From: a bacterium
GTDB taxonomy: Bacteria > Krumholzibacteriota > Krumholzibacteriia > Krumholzibacteriales > Krumholzibacteriaceae
Direction: 5' to 3'
Assembly (NCBI GenBank): GCA_020350885.1
Contig: CP070727.1
Coordinates: 3,732,738 to 3,796,737 of the forward strand
Length of the DNA stretch: 64,000 nt
Every line of letters starts with the position of its first letter. Position 1 is the stretch's first letter. The notes beneath the pieces were generated by a model, which saw nothing but the letters and a program-made list of their open reading frames with translations, was not told the origin of the DNA and searched no databases. This document shows positions 63,961 through 64,000 of the stretch, piece after piece. The translations under genes and the position numbers were made by a program.

Positions 63961-64000
63961 TAACGAAGTATGGCGCAGGTAGTAATATTCGGAGCAGGGA
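63961..64000 (+). CDS. Start of second saccharopine dehydrogenase-like (NAD(P)-binding) gene, truncated by window end
   Basis: GGAGG RBS then ATG; MAQVVIFGAG = Rossmann GxGxxG start typical of Sacchrp_dh_NADP; only 13 codons visible. Confidence 0.35.

Noticed and set aside
1-64000. Search for CRISPR arrays, rRNA/tRNA genes, IS elements and integrases
   Set aside because: I found no regularly spaced short repeats with unique spacers, no tRNA cloverleaf-like segments in the intergenic regions I inspected, and no transposase or integrase motifs (DDE, tyrosine recombinase RHRY) in any long ORF. None are reported.

Overview
This 64 kb window is high-GC bacterial DNA, densely coding on both strands. 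Three large secreted proteins end in a type IX secretion (T9SS) C-terminal sorting domain, which points to an uncultivated FCB-group-like lineage. All calls rest on reading motifs in my own translations; I ran no database search. The window holds four blocks.

- **Phosphate and polyphosphate block (1-18.8 kb).** A partial alkaline phosphatase sits at the left edge and is missing from the ORF track. It is followed by an S9-type serine hydrolase, a LOG-family protein and a UbiE/MenG methyltransferase. Next comes a BcsA-like GT2/PilZ synthase operon that lacks the usual bcsB/bcsC partners, then an orphan N-methyltransferase and a secreted beta-propeller protein. The block ends with a minus-strand polyphosphate operon: two-domain PPK2, ppk1, HD-domain protein, metallophosphoesterase, CYTH-CHAD protein and an outer-membrane protein. 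A 3 x ~31 bp direct repeat lies upstream of that operon.
- **Carbohydrate and T9SS block (19-39 kb).** Small hypothetical proteins, an SGNH-like hydrolase, a glycoside-hydrolase-like lipoprotein, a GyrI-like protein, a GIY-YIG protein and a PAS hybrid histidine kinase come first. They are followed by two GH57-like giants and a third T9SS cargo protein, which flank an archaemetzincin-like M54 gene. A cupin and a PorV/PorQ-like outer-membrane protein close the block.
- **Candidate lanthipeptide cluster (39.0-46.1 kb).** This is the most interesting locus. A near-consensus promoter (TTGACC-N17-TATAAT) and a strong RBS precede a 43-aa ORF rich in Cys, Ser and Thr that is too short for the ORF track. 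Three separate genes follow it: an unknown 401-aa protein with an OspF/SpvC-like GYKVYVS motif, a Hanks-type Ser/Thr kinase, and a LanC-like cyclase. Together they look like a split class III/IV/V-type lanthionine synthetase acting on a novel precursor. A convergent HlyD/ABC exporter lies next to them.
- **T6SS-like contractile system and right edge (48.8-64 kb).** A compact minus-strand locus runs from a DUF4280 PAAR-like tip through VgrG, Hcp-like tube, TssC-like sheath, double-ring ClpV and a TssK-like protein to two membrane proteins. Beyond it are uridine kinase and a saccharopine dehydrogenase pair behind a long 5' leader.
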